From: Octopus sinensis
Taxonomy: Eukaryota
Direction of reading: 5' to 3'
Assembly (NCBI RefSeq): GCF_006345805.1
Contig: NC_042997.1
Span: 119,102,001 to 119,166,000 of the forward strand
DNA: 64,000 nucleotides
The notes under the pieces were generated by a model. The model did no database searches. It saw only the letters and a list, made by a program, of their open reading frames with translations, and was not told the origin of the DNA. How positions within the stretch are numbered: position 1 is the first letter of the stretch; each line of letters starts with the position of its first letter. A program made the position numbers and the translations under genes. This document shows, piece after piece, positions 27,822 through 41,079 of the stretch.

Positions 27822-28155
27822 TGCATGGTTCAGTGGTTAGAGCGTCGAGAATACGAACGTGAGTTTGTGAGTTCGATTCCTTGACCAGGCTGCCTGTTAT
27901 CTTCCTGAGCAAGACACTTTATTTCACGTTGCTCCAGTTAACCAAGCTGTAGGAACGAGTTGTGACATCACTAGTGCTAAGCTGTATCGGCCCCTTTGCC
28001 TTTCTCTTGGATAACATCAGTGGTGTGGAGAGAGGAGGCTGGTATGCATGGGTGACTGCTAGCCTTCCACAAACAACCTTACCCGGACTTGTCCCTCGTA
28101 GGTTAACTTTCTAGGTGTGACCCCATGCTCATTCATGACCAAAGGGGATCTCCTG
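27822..28155 (+). mobile_element. tRNA-derived SINE (family B)
   Basis: A box TGGTTCAGTGG and B box GAGTTCGATTCC. Colinear with 15205-15530. Confidence 0.85.
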
Positions 28156-29359
28156 CCCTCATGTAGGCCCCTCTCACCCAGCCCTTATGTAGGCCCCACT
28201 CACCCAGCCCTTATGTAGGCTTATACAGCAGGCTCAAAAGTCGTGCCCCATAAAAAGCGTAACTTGGGGGCAGACCACCGCACTCACCTCCACCTAGCCA
28301 TGCTACCGTCTGTCTGTACACCACTTATGTATCACACACAGACACACTGCACACACAACACACACACATACACACAGACACACTGCACACACACACACAC
28401 GCACACGGCAGGCTTCTTTCAGTTTCTGTCTACCATTAATCTAATGACTCCACCCTGCCAGGAGTAGTACAACCTTAGTTTGCTCTTTTCACCCTGGCCA
28501 CGCACCAAGTTTTTTATACAGGCATATACAACAGGCCCCATAAAATGCATCAGACCGCCACTCTCACCTCCCCTTTGCTTACACTACTACCTACATAGGT
28601 GTATATATATGTATATATGTATATCGGTGTGTGTGTGCGCGCGCGCGTCCTCGAGTGGGTATTCAGAAACTCGAGAGATAACTACATAAATAATACAGTG
28701 AGAAACATATAGGAATGTTTTGTTGCTGCTACTGCTGTTGCTGATTCTACTGCTGCTGCTGTTGATGATGATGATAATGATGTCGAGGAAAGAGATATTT
28801 CTAAATGAAAACGAGATGATTGCTGATGGAATCAAAACACTTTGAACAGAGCTATGCGACAATCACCTTGCAGGCAAATTAAACAAAGGGCTATACAGAC
28901 AAAGCCATATTATATATATATGTGTTCTTGGTGTATATATGTATATAAATACACACATATACATACACATATATACACGCTCACACACACACAGACATAA
29001 TATGTATACATTTATTTATATATGTCTTCACAGAAGCACACGCACGCATGTTACTGTTTATATAAACATACCTATTACATACAACACACACACCACACAC
29101 AGTCACACACTCACACACACATACACACATACATATATATATTTTAGGTGTATATTTTAACATATATCCTTACATAAATACCGACATAACTTTATACGCA
29201 TACTACACTCCATAGAAGAATAGAATTATGCCGGGAGCGATGACCTAACCAGTGAAGACTTTTACGAAATTGGCATTATTGTGGATTCTTACGATAATTC
29301 AGTATTAGTACCGTTCATTATTCAGTCTATCTATCTATATGTATAGACGTATCTGCAAA

Positions 29360-29500
<141 letters not shown>

Positions 29501-29514
29501 ATGTAATATATACA

Positions 29515-29695
29515 TTTTTTTTTGCTCTCCCCGCCCCCTTTTTTTAACCCCTCCCTTTTTTTTGTCCTCTTTCTTTCCTTTTACGATCCCTTTTGATCGA
29601 AAACCACCACTCCCTTTTTTTTACCCCCAAAAGAAAAGCTCTACCTTGTAATTTGTTCTATCTGTGTGCAGCCCTGTGTGGCTAATAAAGAAACA
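29515..29695 (+). mobile_element. Severely 5'-truncated Tx1 LINE (3' UTR only)
   Basis: Matches 34640-34816 (AAAAGAAAAGCTCTACCTTGTAATTTGTTCTATCTGTG...GTGTGGCTAATAAAGAAACA) and runs directly into TATCTATC. Confidence 0.85.
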
Positions 29696-29740
<45 letters not shown>

Positions 29741-29804
29741 GTCTGTCTGTCTGTCTGTATGTATGTATGTCTGTCTTTCTTTCTCTCTGGCGATCTATTT
29801 GCTC

Positions 29805-30238
29805 TCAACACCCATTAAAAGGAGGGCTGGGCATGTCGTGGTTGATGATGCGCTTAGACTGCGACATCTCCGGCTCTACGTAGAGGACGGTGAACAGGTG
29901 TGGTCGCCGTTTGTGAGGCACGCTTTCCAGCAGGTCGTCTCCATGACCAAACTGCAGTCGTGGTTGAAAAAGAGTCCGAGGAAGGGCGAATGACACCGCG
30001 AGTGTCGCGTTGCTCTCAAACAACTATGCCGTCCCGGGTCGACCTTGAGTGACTTCGACACAACCAAAGCATTCTATAGGGAATTAGTGGAGGGGAGGTA
30101 CGACAACGATTTCGGGGCGAACCTGGCCGTTGACGAGGAATACCTGACCCGCATATTTAAGTCGACTTTCGGGCCGGGATCTATGGACAACTTCCAGAGA
30201 TCCGTGGCCTGGTAGTGCTACCGAGAAGCGCCACCCGT

Positions 30239-30240
<2 letters not shown>
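29805..30240 (+). mobile_element. Internal ORF2 fragment of the same Tx1 LINE
   Basis: Colinear with ~33548-33990 (KGGLGM...LRLRHL.LYV.DGEQVWSPFVRHAF). Confidence 0.9.
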
Positions 30241-30311
<71 letters not shown>

Positions 30312-30318
30312 TTAGCCA

Positions 30319-33300
30319 CCACCAACAAATACCAACACCACCACCAACAGCAAAACCCAAAGGAACAGAAAAACAAAGAAAACACACACAAACTGATCCC
30401 CCATCCCTTATACCGCACTCAACACACACAAACACTCAACAACCAACAACAACGAAAACAACAACACAACCACTTACACAGACATATAGAAGCCCACAAC
30501 ATACCCCTACCCCCTACTGATCCTCAGAAATTTCGTCGGAAGACGAAACCAGTGAGGAATGGCAAATAGCTACAAAAAGAAGGAAAATAAAGAGCAGAAA
30601 CACAACCAAACCAATGCAAACACGAACAATGCAGGGGAAATACATCTCACGAAGACATTTCAAAACCCAACGCAAACAACAGCCACACCAACACCACAAA
30701 AATATATACAGCAAACATGCTCACAGCTATAGACAACCAAAAACACAAATTTGATGAATACATCCAATCAAAACAAACATAACAGAAGATGAGATAAAAA
30801 CAAACAATCACCCATACACAACACCACCAGATCACATCAAAATATTACACATCTCCAAAAGTCTGCACCACACACTCAAAGGCATTTTCCCCAGCGCGGT
30901 TGGTAAATGCCAAAATATCTCACAAAGAAACTGTACTGGATCTCCTCGAGGACAAACCAAAGGAGGAGAAAGCAAAAACTTTCGAGCGTAAGTAACCCTC
31001 TGTTCTTTCACTTGTATTCTAATTCATTAGGACTATGATCAAGATTGGTTGTGTAATGCGCGTGGCTTGGGCCCCCTTGGAAACAAGGGTACCTCTTAAA
31101 TGACATAAAGTCACATAAGTTAGAAATCATAGCCATAGTGAGACCAGACTCCACAATCCGCGGGCCCTAAAGACCATGTTTGGCGGACAGTTCAACATTT
31201 ATTTTTCCCCCCTGTCTGCCGAGAATGGGCGGTAGTGGCCCCGCGGTACTTTTTCACAAGAGTCTGGATCTCAAAGTAAGGACAATATTCGTAGACCGGA
31301 GGGTACACTGGTCGTCCTGGATGTCGACAGCAGCAATGGGTGCGCTTTTCGACTCGTATCAGTCTACGCACCGCCCTAACAGGTCGGGCGGATTTCTTTC
31401 AACGTCTAGAGAAGTATTCGGGAACGTCTCGTCCTTTACTCTTAGGGGGGGATTGGAATGCTACCTTGGACACGCATGTAGACTACGTGGGTAGAGATAG
31501 GAATAGACGGGGATGCAAATGCCTCAGAGACCTACTCAGACGCTTTCAACTGTCTGACAGGTTCCGACTAGACCACCCGAATGCGCCAACGTGGACATGG
31601 AGCAACCGCATCGGGTCGTCGAGATCGTATCTATATAGGATACTGTGTAGGACATTAGACAGAGATAGCATAGGATGTCCACAATTCCACATTGTCAGCT
31701 ACACGGATCACAAACTTGTGACATGTACGCTAGACTTAGGCAAGACACTTAGGCAGGGTCCCGGATACTGGAAACTAACGCGTCTTTCCATCGAGACAGG
31801 TTTTCAGAGACCGGATTAGCACACTAGTAAAGAGGGCTTTGACGGAGCCATCATCAACAACAAATGGTGTTTGCCCTCAAGAGAGCAGTAAACAGAAGCG
31901 ATTAGGTACAGCAAAGCACTAGCCATAGATAGAAATAGATTAGAGGTGAGCTAGTTAAGAGCTAGAAGAGGCAATTAGAAGCGGCATCGCATCCGACGTT
32001 TTGCGGCGAGGTTGGCCCTCGACCAACACTTCAACGCCAAACACGAAGGATGTGCTGTCAGAGCTAGGATGCGTGCTCTAAGGAACAAAGGTGTTGGAGC
32101 CGCGAGAGAGGCCCGGGTGGCAGAGGCGCAACAGGGCAACAAAGCCACCATTCGGTCCCTGGTAGATAACAGGGCGCGAATTGCTCGAGCAAGTAAAATG
32201 TGTGAGGCCTTTCAGCAGCATTTTGCCCGACTGTTCGGAACGAGTGGGGGCAAGAACGTAGGGTAGACTTCAGTGCCTACTACATAGCCTACCACGACTC
32301 TCGACAAGAAGGCAGGGTGCTGCGAAGGTGCCATCCGGCACGGCGGCGGAAGTGCAGAGCGATGGCAGAATGCTCGAGGGACAAATCACGGGTTTGGATG
32401 GTCTAACATACGAGCTTTACAATTGTATGCCAGACTTGTTTGGAGATCTCTTGGCGGCGGTGTACTGCAACTGGCAGCAAAACGGGAGCATTCCTGGTTT
32501 TGTGAGCCGAGGAGCCGTAACACTGCTGAAGAAAGATCTAAACAAGGGAAATGTAATAGATAACTTTAGGCCCATCACTCTGCTTAATGCAGACTTGAAA
32601 ATTTTGGCCAGGGTGCTAGCCAAGAGGTTGGCGCTTGTCATCGAGAAACTGGTCGACAAGGCGCAAACATGCGCCGTGCCAGGCCGGACCATCCATGACA
32701 ACCTCAACCGGAGGCGCTACATCATAGACAGGGTAGTTAACGAACCTGGCATGGGTGAGGCGCTGATCAATTTGGTTCAATCGAAAGCTTTCGATAGGGT
32801 AGACCATCGATACTTAGAGGCGGTCCTCGGAGCGGCTGGCTTCGGTCCCGTCTTCCGCGGCTGGATAGCCGCTTTGTACAGAGGCATCCGTTTCGGTAAT
32901 TCGCGTGAATGGACATCTATCGAGACCCTTCGACATCGCACGTTCGGTTCCGTCAGGGATGCCCCCTCTCGTCGCTTCTATACGTATTGACTCTCTCGAG
33001 CCATTATTGCGGAAGCTGGCAACCTTGAGAGGCATCCCGCGAGAACTGGGATGCGGGACGAGCGTGTCTGCATACGCGGACGACGTCACCGTCATAGTGT
33101 CTAGCCACGAGCACATCGAGCAGGTCGGCGAGACACTAAAAACTACGAAGCGGTGACAGGAGCGAAAATCAACCGGAAAAGTCAGTAGGCTTGCGACTAG
33201 GCACCTGGAGAAGCAAGCCCATGCCGTCCACCAGCGCCTCCGTCATGGGACGCTGGACCGACGGCCCGGTTGAGTTGCTCGGGGTCTGGTTTGGTCCGGA

Positions 33301-34816
33301 CCTCCAAGTGGAGAAGAACTGGAACGAGATAACGAGTAGGGTGGTCACTCTCGCCCGGCAATGGGCCGAGAGGAAACTGTCCCTAAAAGGTCGGGTTAGG
33401 TGGCGAACACGTACATCGCGTCCGTCATCTACTACCGCCTGACCGTCGTACCTTGTCCCGACCCTACCATCACCAAACTACAACGCATTCTCTTTCGCTC
33501 TTGTGGAAAGGATGCGTCCCCATGGTCAGGTGATCCATTTGCTGTCAACAACCCGTTAAAAGGAGGGCTGGGCATGCCGTGGTTGATGATGCGCAGACAC
33601 TCGCTGAGACTGCGACATCTCTGGCTCTATGTAGACGACGGTGAACAGGTGTGGTCGCCGTTTGTGAGGCACGCTTTCCCGCAGCTCGTCTCCATGACCG
33701 AACTGCAGTCGTGGATCAAAAAGAGGCCGAGGAAGGGCGAATGACACCGCGAGTGTCGCGTTGCTCTCAAGCAACTCTGCCGCCCTGGGTCGACCTTGAG
33801 TGACTTCAACACAACCAAAACATTCTATAGGGGTTTAGTGGAGGGGAGGTACGACGACGATTTCGGGGCGAACCTGGACGTCGACGAGGAGTACTTGACC
33901 GCCTGTTCAGGACGACTTTCGGGCCAGGGCTCATGGACAACTTCCAGAGATCCCTGGCCTGGCAGTGCTACCGAGAAGCGCTACCCGTTCGGGATAAGCT
34001 CTACAGACACGGCTCGAGAAAACGGGGGCCGACCTGCCCGAGATGCGGTCAGAGAGACGAAACCGTTCTGCACGCACTCGTGCAGTGTCCAACAATTTCC
34101 GACCTGTGGGCTTATGTCGAACAACTGCTGTCACGTGTGGGACGAGTCGGTTTATCAGCTGAGTCTATCGTCAATATTGTCACGCCTCCTTCCTTCAAAC
34201 GGGAAGGAAGAGCTATTTTCATCATCCTTGTGGCTATGGCGAAAGAATGTATCTGGTGGACGCGTCTGAAAGATTGGAGACAAAAACTTTCCTCTCTGGT
34301 CAATCTCTCATCAACTTCTTCAAGTACCACTTGAAAAGGAAAGTGAGAGTAGAGAGGCAAGTTTTGTTCTAGTGAATGTTTTAAAAAGATGGGTGAATGT
34401 AGCAAGAATGGCACACGTATGAATGACGAAGCCACCTTGAGCATGATTATGCTATGAACCCAGAAATTGAAAACAGAGAGTTGCTTATTCGCAAAAAAAA
34501 AAAAGAAATATAACATGTGACTCCATTGACCGAGGTTACCGTGGTCTTTTCCGTAGGCTTTTCTTTCCACGGGTAAACCTCACCTGTCCTCCCCTTTACA
34601 CTTCATATTGACATTTCTGTGATAACGATCCTATTGATCATTTTTTTTTCCTCTCCCCCTTTTTTTAACCCCCTTTTTTTGTCCTCTTCTCTCCTTTTAC
34701 GATCCTTTTTGATCGAAACTCCCCTTCCTTTTTTTTTATTTAAACCTTCAAAAGAAAAGCTCTACCTTGTAATTTGTTCTATCTGTGTTCCGCCCTGTGT
34801 GGCTAATAAAGAAACA
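30319..34816 (+). mobile_element. Tx1/L1-clade non-LTR retrotransposon, ~4.5 kb, bounded by a 14-bp target-site duplication
   Basis: TATCTATTTAGCCA lies at 30305-30318 and again at 34817-34830. An AC-rich ORF1-like region is followed by an APE-RT ORF2, a pyrimidine-rich 3' UTR and AATAAA near the end. Confidence 0.92.
31035..34457 (+). pseudogene. Frameshifted ORF2 (AP endonuclease + reverse transcriptase + C-terminal zinc knuckle) of the Tx1 LINE
   Basis: Motifs GGDWNATLD, YTDHKLV, GPGYWKL, GLDGLTYELY, NFRPITLLNADLKILA, KAFDRVDH, AYADDVT, KGGLGMP and CPRCGQRDETVLHALVQCP are spread over several frames. Confidence 0.9.
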
Positions 34817-35022
34817 TATCTATTTAGCCAGCTAGCTAGCTAGCTAGCCAGCTATCCGTCTGTATGTCGGTATGTCTACGTATGTATGATGTATGTATGT
34901 ATGTATGTGTGTATGTATGTACGTGTGTATGTATGTATGCATGTATGAATTTATTTATATATCTATCAATCTATCTGTCTTTCTGTCTGTCGATGTATGT
35001 ATATATGTATCTATATATCAAG

Positions 35023-35096
<74 letters not shown>

Positions 35097-35853
35097 CATC
35101 TATCTATCTATGTGTATGTCTGTGTGTTTGCATTTGTATACAAAGAAACACAGACATGTGCGCTCTCACTCTCAATACGCACATAGAAATACATATTAAA
35201 ATAAAAAAAATATACAATATTTTCTAGAAGCGAGGTTTCCAACATATATGCATCTGCTCAACTTCATATATATTTAATACACTTTTATAATGGAAGCAAA
35301 TAGTATGCTGAAAGAATTATATCGAATTCAAATCATGATAAAAGCCATCGGTCTAAGAACATTGGTTACTGGGAGAACGGCTGTCATCAACTTCAAGTAA
35401 AACACATTTGACGGATGCACATCCGAGTATATGGTCATCATTTCCTAAATTTAAAGATGAAAGCACCTGAAAGTGGAACGGAAGCAAAAAAAAGAAAAAA
35501 GAAAAAGAAATCACCAAAATACGAATAGCGACCTTTATTATATGCTGACGTTTTGACAGAGGGGCCAAAAGCAAATTTGCAAAACAATGAGATACACATA
35601 TACATACAAACATGGAAGTACATGTATACTTACATATATACATAAAGGAATATATATATATATATATATATATCGATATACGTATATATATATATATATA
35701 TACATATACATATGCATGCATGTACACAGAGAAATGCAATAATAAATATATATCATACGTACATTAATATCATATGATTCATATATTATATTATATTATA
35801 TATAAATATTCCTTGTTTCAGTCATTTGAGCACACAGCCTCTCTCTCTCTCTC

Positions 35854-35898
<45 letters not shown>

Positions 35899-36143
35899 GT
35901 ATATGTATATGTGTGTGTGTGTGTGTTGAAATGGAGCAAAAACGCAATAGAGGACAATAAAATATTCCAACTGATAGACGATACAAAGGGGGACAGGAAA
36001 AAACAACAATTAGGACAGGAGGAAAAAAAAGTACGGGTCATTCCTGGCCTTCTTTCTTCAGTCAAGATATTAGATCTCATTACACGCACACACACACACA
36101 CACACCCACGCACACCCATATACATATCAACACACGCACCCAC

Positions 36144-36206
<63 letters not shown>

Positions 36207-36687
36207 ATTATATATAGATGTATATATTATTACGCTTGCACGTATATATGCATGCAAGTGTGTGTGTGTCTGTGTGTTTGTATATTTACGTATATACCTG
36301 CACACATGCACTTATTCTCTCATATGTCGATCCATGTACACAGGTACAGTGATTTCTTGTAACCCAATATTTCAGCGGTAGTTAGCTACGTAACAAAATT
36401 TCTGAATTAAAAGTTGTTTGTTTTTTCTTTGCAATTTAGCACCGTGGATGACAAATATATGAGATACGCGTGATAGTAAGATATATACACTTCTAGATGT
36501 GTCTGTATAAACACCTACATACAAACAGACATATACATATATCAGTATTTTGTCCGACCGTTATTAATTGATAAACAGTAATACTTCACTTATACCGTAC
36601 CTAACATGGGTTGCACGCAGCTGTACATAAAACAGAGGATCCATGACAATCTTCCATTATACTACTACACTACTACTACTACTACTA

Positions 36688-36769
<82 letters not shown>

Positions 36770-36771
<2 letters not shown>

Positions 36772-37020
36772 AATTATTGTATACAGAGCTCAGGTGCACC
36801 ACAACTTATCAAAAGTGCGTATAAAGCATGTGCAGTCATGTACAAATGTCTGGGAAGTGAACAGTGTATGAGACAGATACATGCTTGCGTGTGTATGGAG
36901 GGGAGAACATCAGGTGTAGTGTTGACAAATCTCAGGAAGCATCGAAGTTTTGAAGGATGCAGTGCTCCGAAAACTAACAACTGATGCCGGTGGTTTATTC
37001 CATGTGCCAATGCAAGCAAT
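36770..37020 (-). mobile_element. CR1-type LINE 3' end remnant
   Basis: Minus strand reads WNKPPASVVSFRSTASFKTSML (WNxLPxxVV...SFK motif), then a 3' UTR ending in (ATT)n/(AGT)n. Confidence 0.6.
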
Positions 37021-37261
37021 AAATTGGCAGAAACATTATATTTCCACAAAAGATTTTATAAGATATTGGAGGTATTTCATTTCAGATTTCAGATAAGCTA
37101 ACACGTCCAAATTTTCACCATATATGTGTACGTTCAAGAAATTGGGAATTGAGCCAGAATTTCAAAACTTCCTCATGCGGTGGATTTCACTGGAGAGAAC
37201 TTGTTCAGCAGCCTCCAGAATCTATTGTCCCATCATGAATGTATTCCATTCTAATACTTTC

Positions 37262-37960
37262 GTGTTAGTTCTCTGCTACATCTTGAAATCACAAAGCAAA
37301 GTCAGATTCTTACATTTAATCTCATGATACTTTCATTTGTTTTATTCACTGATCGATAATCATGCACGAGTTATGCCTTATAGGCATTCATTTGGTCTTA
37401 TACCTATTTCTTTACTACCCACAAGGGACTAAACTTAGAGGGGACAAACAAGGGCAGACAAACAGATTAAGTCGATTACATCGACCCCAGTGCGTAACTG
37501 GTACTTAATTTATTGACCCCGAAAGGATGAAAGGCAAAATCGACCTCGGCGGAATTTGAACTCAGAACGTAACAGCCGACGAAATACGGATACGCATTTC
37601 GCCCGGCGTGCTAACGTTTCTGCCAGCTCGCCGCTTTATTTGGTCTTATACCATACGAGTCTAATACTCTAGTTGGTTGCTTTTCTAGGACGGCAAATAT
37701 ATATCAAATGTCACGGGCACTTAGTGATTCAGTTGGATGAATTGAACGTCACAGCCAATTGAATACTTAATAGTATCATTGGTGTTATTACCCTGTGAGT
37801 CTTGTGCATTCTCTTTCTTTTAGCCATTTATCATTCATCGTTAGTTTCTTCTTGTCATTGATAAACAAAACAGCATGAAATGGTAAATTTCAATATATTT
37901 CAAAGACATTTCAAAATAGACTACAATTCGTTTTATGTTTCAAGTGTTTTCCACCATCAA
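37262..37960 (+). repeat. ~450-bp non-coding segment (interrupted by a SINE), direct paralogue of 40082-40530
   Basis: Shared blocks CTGCTACATCTTG, GATAATCATGCACGAGT, TCAAATGTCACGGGCACT, TTGAACGTCACAGCCA, TCATTGGTGTTATTACCCTG and ATAGACTACAA.TCGTTTTATGTTTCAA. Confidence 0.85.
37405..37637 (-). mobile_element. Full-length tRNA-derived SINE (family D) with 15-bp TSD
   Basis: Minus strand starts GCGGCGAGCTGGCAGAAACGTTAGCA (A box) and GAGTTCAAATTCC (B box). TSD ATTTGGTCTTATACC lies at 37390-37404 and 37638-37652. Confidence 0.92.
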
Positions 37961-38008
37961 AGCTAATATATTCCTGCTTCTAACGCGTAACGAATAAATA
38001 TATTTTAC

Positions 38009-38051
<43 letters not shown>

Positions 38052-38334
38052 CATATACATACATATACAGATATATACATACTCATATATTATATATATT
38101 ATATATATATATATATATGCACATACAAATATATAAATATACATAAACATATATACATACATACATATATACACAAATAAATATATAGAGACAAATATAC
38201 ACACGCGTATGTATATACATATATATATATGTGTGTATATATATATATATATGTATGTATATATGGTATTTTATTAAATATTTACTAATAAATATATAGT
38301 TCTATATTCAAAATATGAAGAATTATGTACTTTA

Positions 38335-38562
38335 TTTACAGTTGACGTATATTTGGCCTCATCTTGATTGTTGTTAACACAACGTATCGGTTGATATACC
38401 CTACAGCATTCAACAGGTGTCTTGGGGAAATTTCGAACCTGGGTTCTCATTCCTAAAGTATTTTTCGATGTTGTTGTTGTTATTATTATTATTATTATTA
38501 TTACTATTATTATTATTATTATTATTATTAAGATGAGGACAAATATTCGTCAAATGTAAATA
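38335..38562 (-). mobile_element. Small inverted-repeat element containing a mutated hammerhead and (TTA)n
   Basis: Ends TTTACAGTTGACGTATATTTGGCCTCATCTT / AAGATGAGGACAAATATTCGTCAAATGTAAA. The internal minus strand reads CUGUUGA-A-UGCUG...CAACC-GAUA-CGUU. Confidence 0.55.
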
Positions 38563-40081
38563 ATGTAATAAATATGTCAAATCAATTTATCTCTACATTC
38601 TCTCAATATACTTATTCTAAGTTTTCATAGTATAAAATTTTCATAATCCTATATATATCGATGAAATGTTCACGTAGCTATAGTGAATCAAACCAGTGTA
38701 ACTAGTTTGATTTCATCCTAACAAGGAGAGTGCATATACTCGTATTGGAAGATATGTGTGTGTCTTTGTGTCTGTGTGTCTGTGTTTTCTGTTCGTGCAT
38801 GCGTGTATGCATGTGTGTGTGTGTGTGTTTGTTTTCGTGTGTATATGTGTATGTATGTATCAGTGTGTATATGACTTCGTGTGAGTGTTTATATATATAA
38901 AGAGGTGGGCATTGTTAATCGAAAAGTTAATTTGGTTAATCGTTAGTCCATTAATTCTTTGAAAATTTTACGGATGTAACCGTTATCTTTTTTTTGTAAA
39001 AAGGCATATTTACAGTTTAATACCCCAGCAAATTTGTTGTCTCATGACATCCGGAAAAATTGGTACTTTTTAACAAAACCTTCACTGAATAATCGCTTAT
39101 ATCATGTAGAAGGATTGGAAGTAACGATTTGTTGGAAAAAGTTCTCTGAGGGCTTGAGGAGATGAGTTTTGGAAAGTTAACAGCACCCGACATTTTCCTC
39201 CTCATAACTTTCTGTAAAATAGGTATTTTTTAATGAAATTTTATACAAATAGTTTTCAAACGGTGTAGATTACGATTTAAAAGAAATTTTGAAAGGGGAT
39301 TTTTGACGGGGATTCTTTGCAATGTCTTTCACCAAAGTATTCAGAATGATGGGAGGCTACTTTTCATGAAAAACAGAAGTAAATAAATTTTGAAAATTTA
39401 TTTTTGTCACCCCCGCCACTCTCTCACCACCTCAATCCGAAACGATTTTGGCCACTTTTTTTCACAACGCACAAAAAATAAGTCCTGAGGTCCATTTGCT
39501 CAACTAAATGCGGTGCTCCAGCATGACCATAGTCAAATGACTGAAACAAGTAACAGAGTAAAAGAGTGACTTCACCGTCGCTTATGGTTAAGTGTTTATA
39601 TATGTATGTGTGTGCGTGTGTGTGTATGGTTGTATGTGTCAAAGAGAGAGGGAAGGAGTGAAAGGAATAGGTGTAAAAAGAAGCGTGACCGACCTGTCAA
39701 CGGCAATGTGAAAAAAGGGGATCACAGGGTCACGGGTCACGTCGTAGTCGGCAGAAAGAGAAAAAGTCGTGGATGACATAGGGACAGAAGACAGTAAAAT
39801 ATTAGCGAAGGAAACACAGAGAATGAGTGAGAGAAAAAGTGGAAGGTAAAAGAGAAGCAAAGAAAGAGAAAAGGCAGAAATAGACGTAGCATGAAATAGC
39901 GTCTGCAAGTGGACGTGTGTGTGCGCGTGTCTATACTTGTGTATTGCAGTGATTACAGGGTTGTGTGCGTGTCTACGTGTGTATGCGTACTGTGTTTGTC
40001 CAGTAGGTGTGTGTGCGCAGCACTCTTATGTATGAATGTGTGTGTGTGTGTTTGTTTGTGTGTGTGTATGTGCGATGTGCC

Positions 40082-40530
40082 TTTAGTTTTCTGCTACATC
40101 TTGCACTCACGAAGAATTCAGATTCATACATTTTCTCTTAATACATTTTCACTCGTTTTATTCGTTGGTTGATAATCATGCACGAGTCCTGCCTCATAGG
40201 TAGTCATTTAGTTTTAATCCAATAGCAGTCTACTACTCTAATTGGTTTCTTTTCTAGGATACCAAATATTGATCAAATGTCACGGGCACTAAGTGTTTCA
40301 GTTGGCTGAGTTGAACGTCACAGCCAGTTGAATGCTTGATATTATCATTGGTGTTATTACCCTGCGACTCTTGTGCATTCTCTTTCTTTCAAACATTTAT
40401 CTTGCATCGTTAGTTTTTTTTCTAATTATTGATACACAAAACAAAAAAATGCTATGGTATTTTAATAAATTTACAAACAAAATTAAATATAGACTACAAA
40501 TCGTTTTATGTTTCAACTGTATTTTCAAAC
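40082..40530 (+). repeat. Direct paralogue of 37262-37960, lacking the SINE
   Basis: Colinear similarity; the empty SINE site is near 40205-40222. Confidence 0.85.
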
Positions 40531-40757
40531 CCCAAAGACAATTCTCTTATATTTCTACTTCTTCCCCGGAGAAATAAATGTCTCTTCCCTATATTTATCT
40601 AGGAGATGCAGCACCAGGTTTCGTCCGTGAAAACGTCGCAGTTTCAAAGCGACATAAATATTTTGACACAAATGTAACTTAAACGGTTTTTGCGTGTTCT
40701 TGAATGGCTTACAAATACCTTCCATGCTGCAATTGTGTGTGTGCACACACACACACA

Positions 40758-40828
<71 letters not shown>

Positions 40829-40995
40829 GCAATAGAAATTCATTTGGCATCTAACATTTCTTTTAGAGCTTTATAATTTATAATTTATTTGTATTATTTT
40901 ATTTTTAAAATTCAACCTCCTTATATCATACAAATAGGTTATTTGTATATCCATTATTGCCCGGTTCCTTTCTTTCATCATTATAATGTGTGTGC

Positions 40996-41058
<63 letters not shown>

Positions 41059-41079
41059 GTGATGATGATGATGATGATG

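Noticed and set aside
28155-28222. Short ~26-bp tandem repeat (CCCTTATGTAGGCCCC.CTCACCCAG) superficially like a CRISPR repeat
   Set aside because: Only ~2.5 contiguous units with no spacers, no cas genes and a eukaryotic context.
38900-39480. Possible non-autonomous DNA transposon or Helitron-like sequence
   Set aside because: No convincing TIR pair, TSD or terminal hairpin could be identified.
40605-40655. GAC-GAAA-CCUGG-UG hammerhead-like fragment on the minus strand
   Set aside because: The core is incomplete and the cleavage position is G, so it is too degenerate to count.
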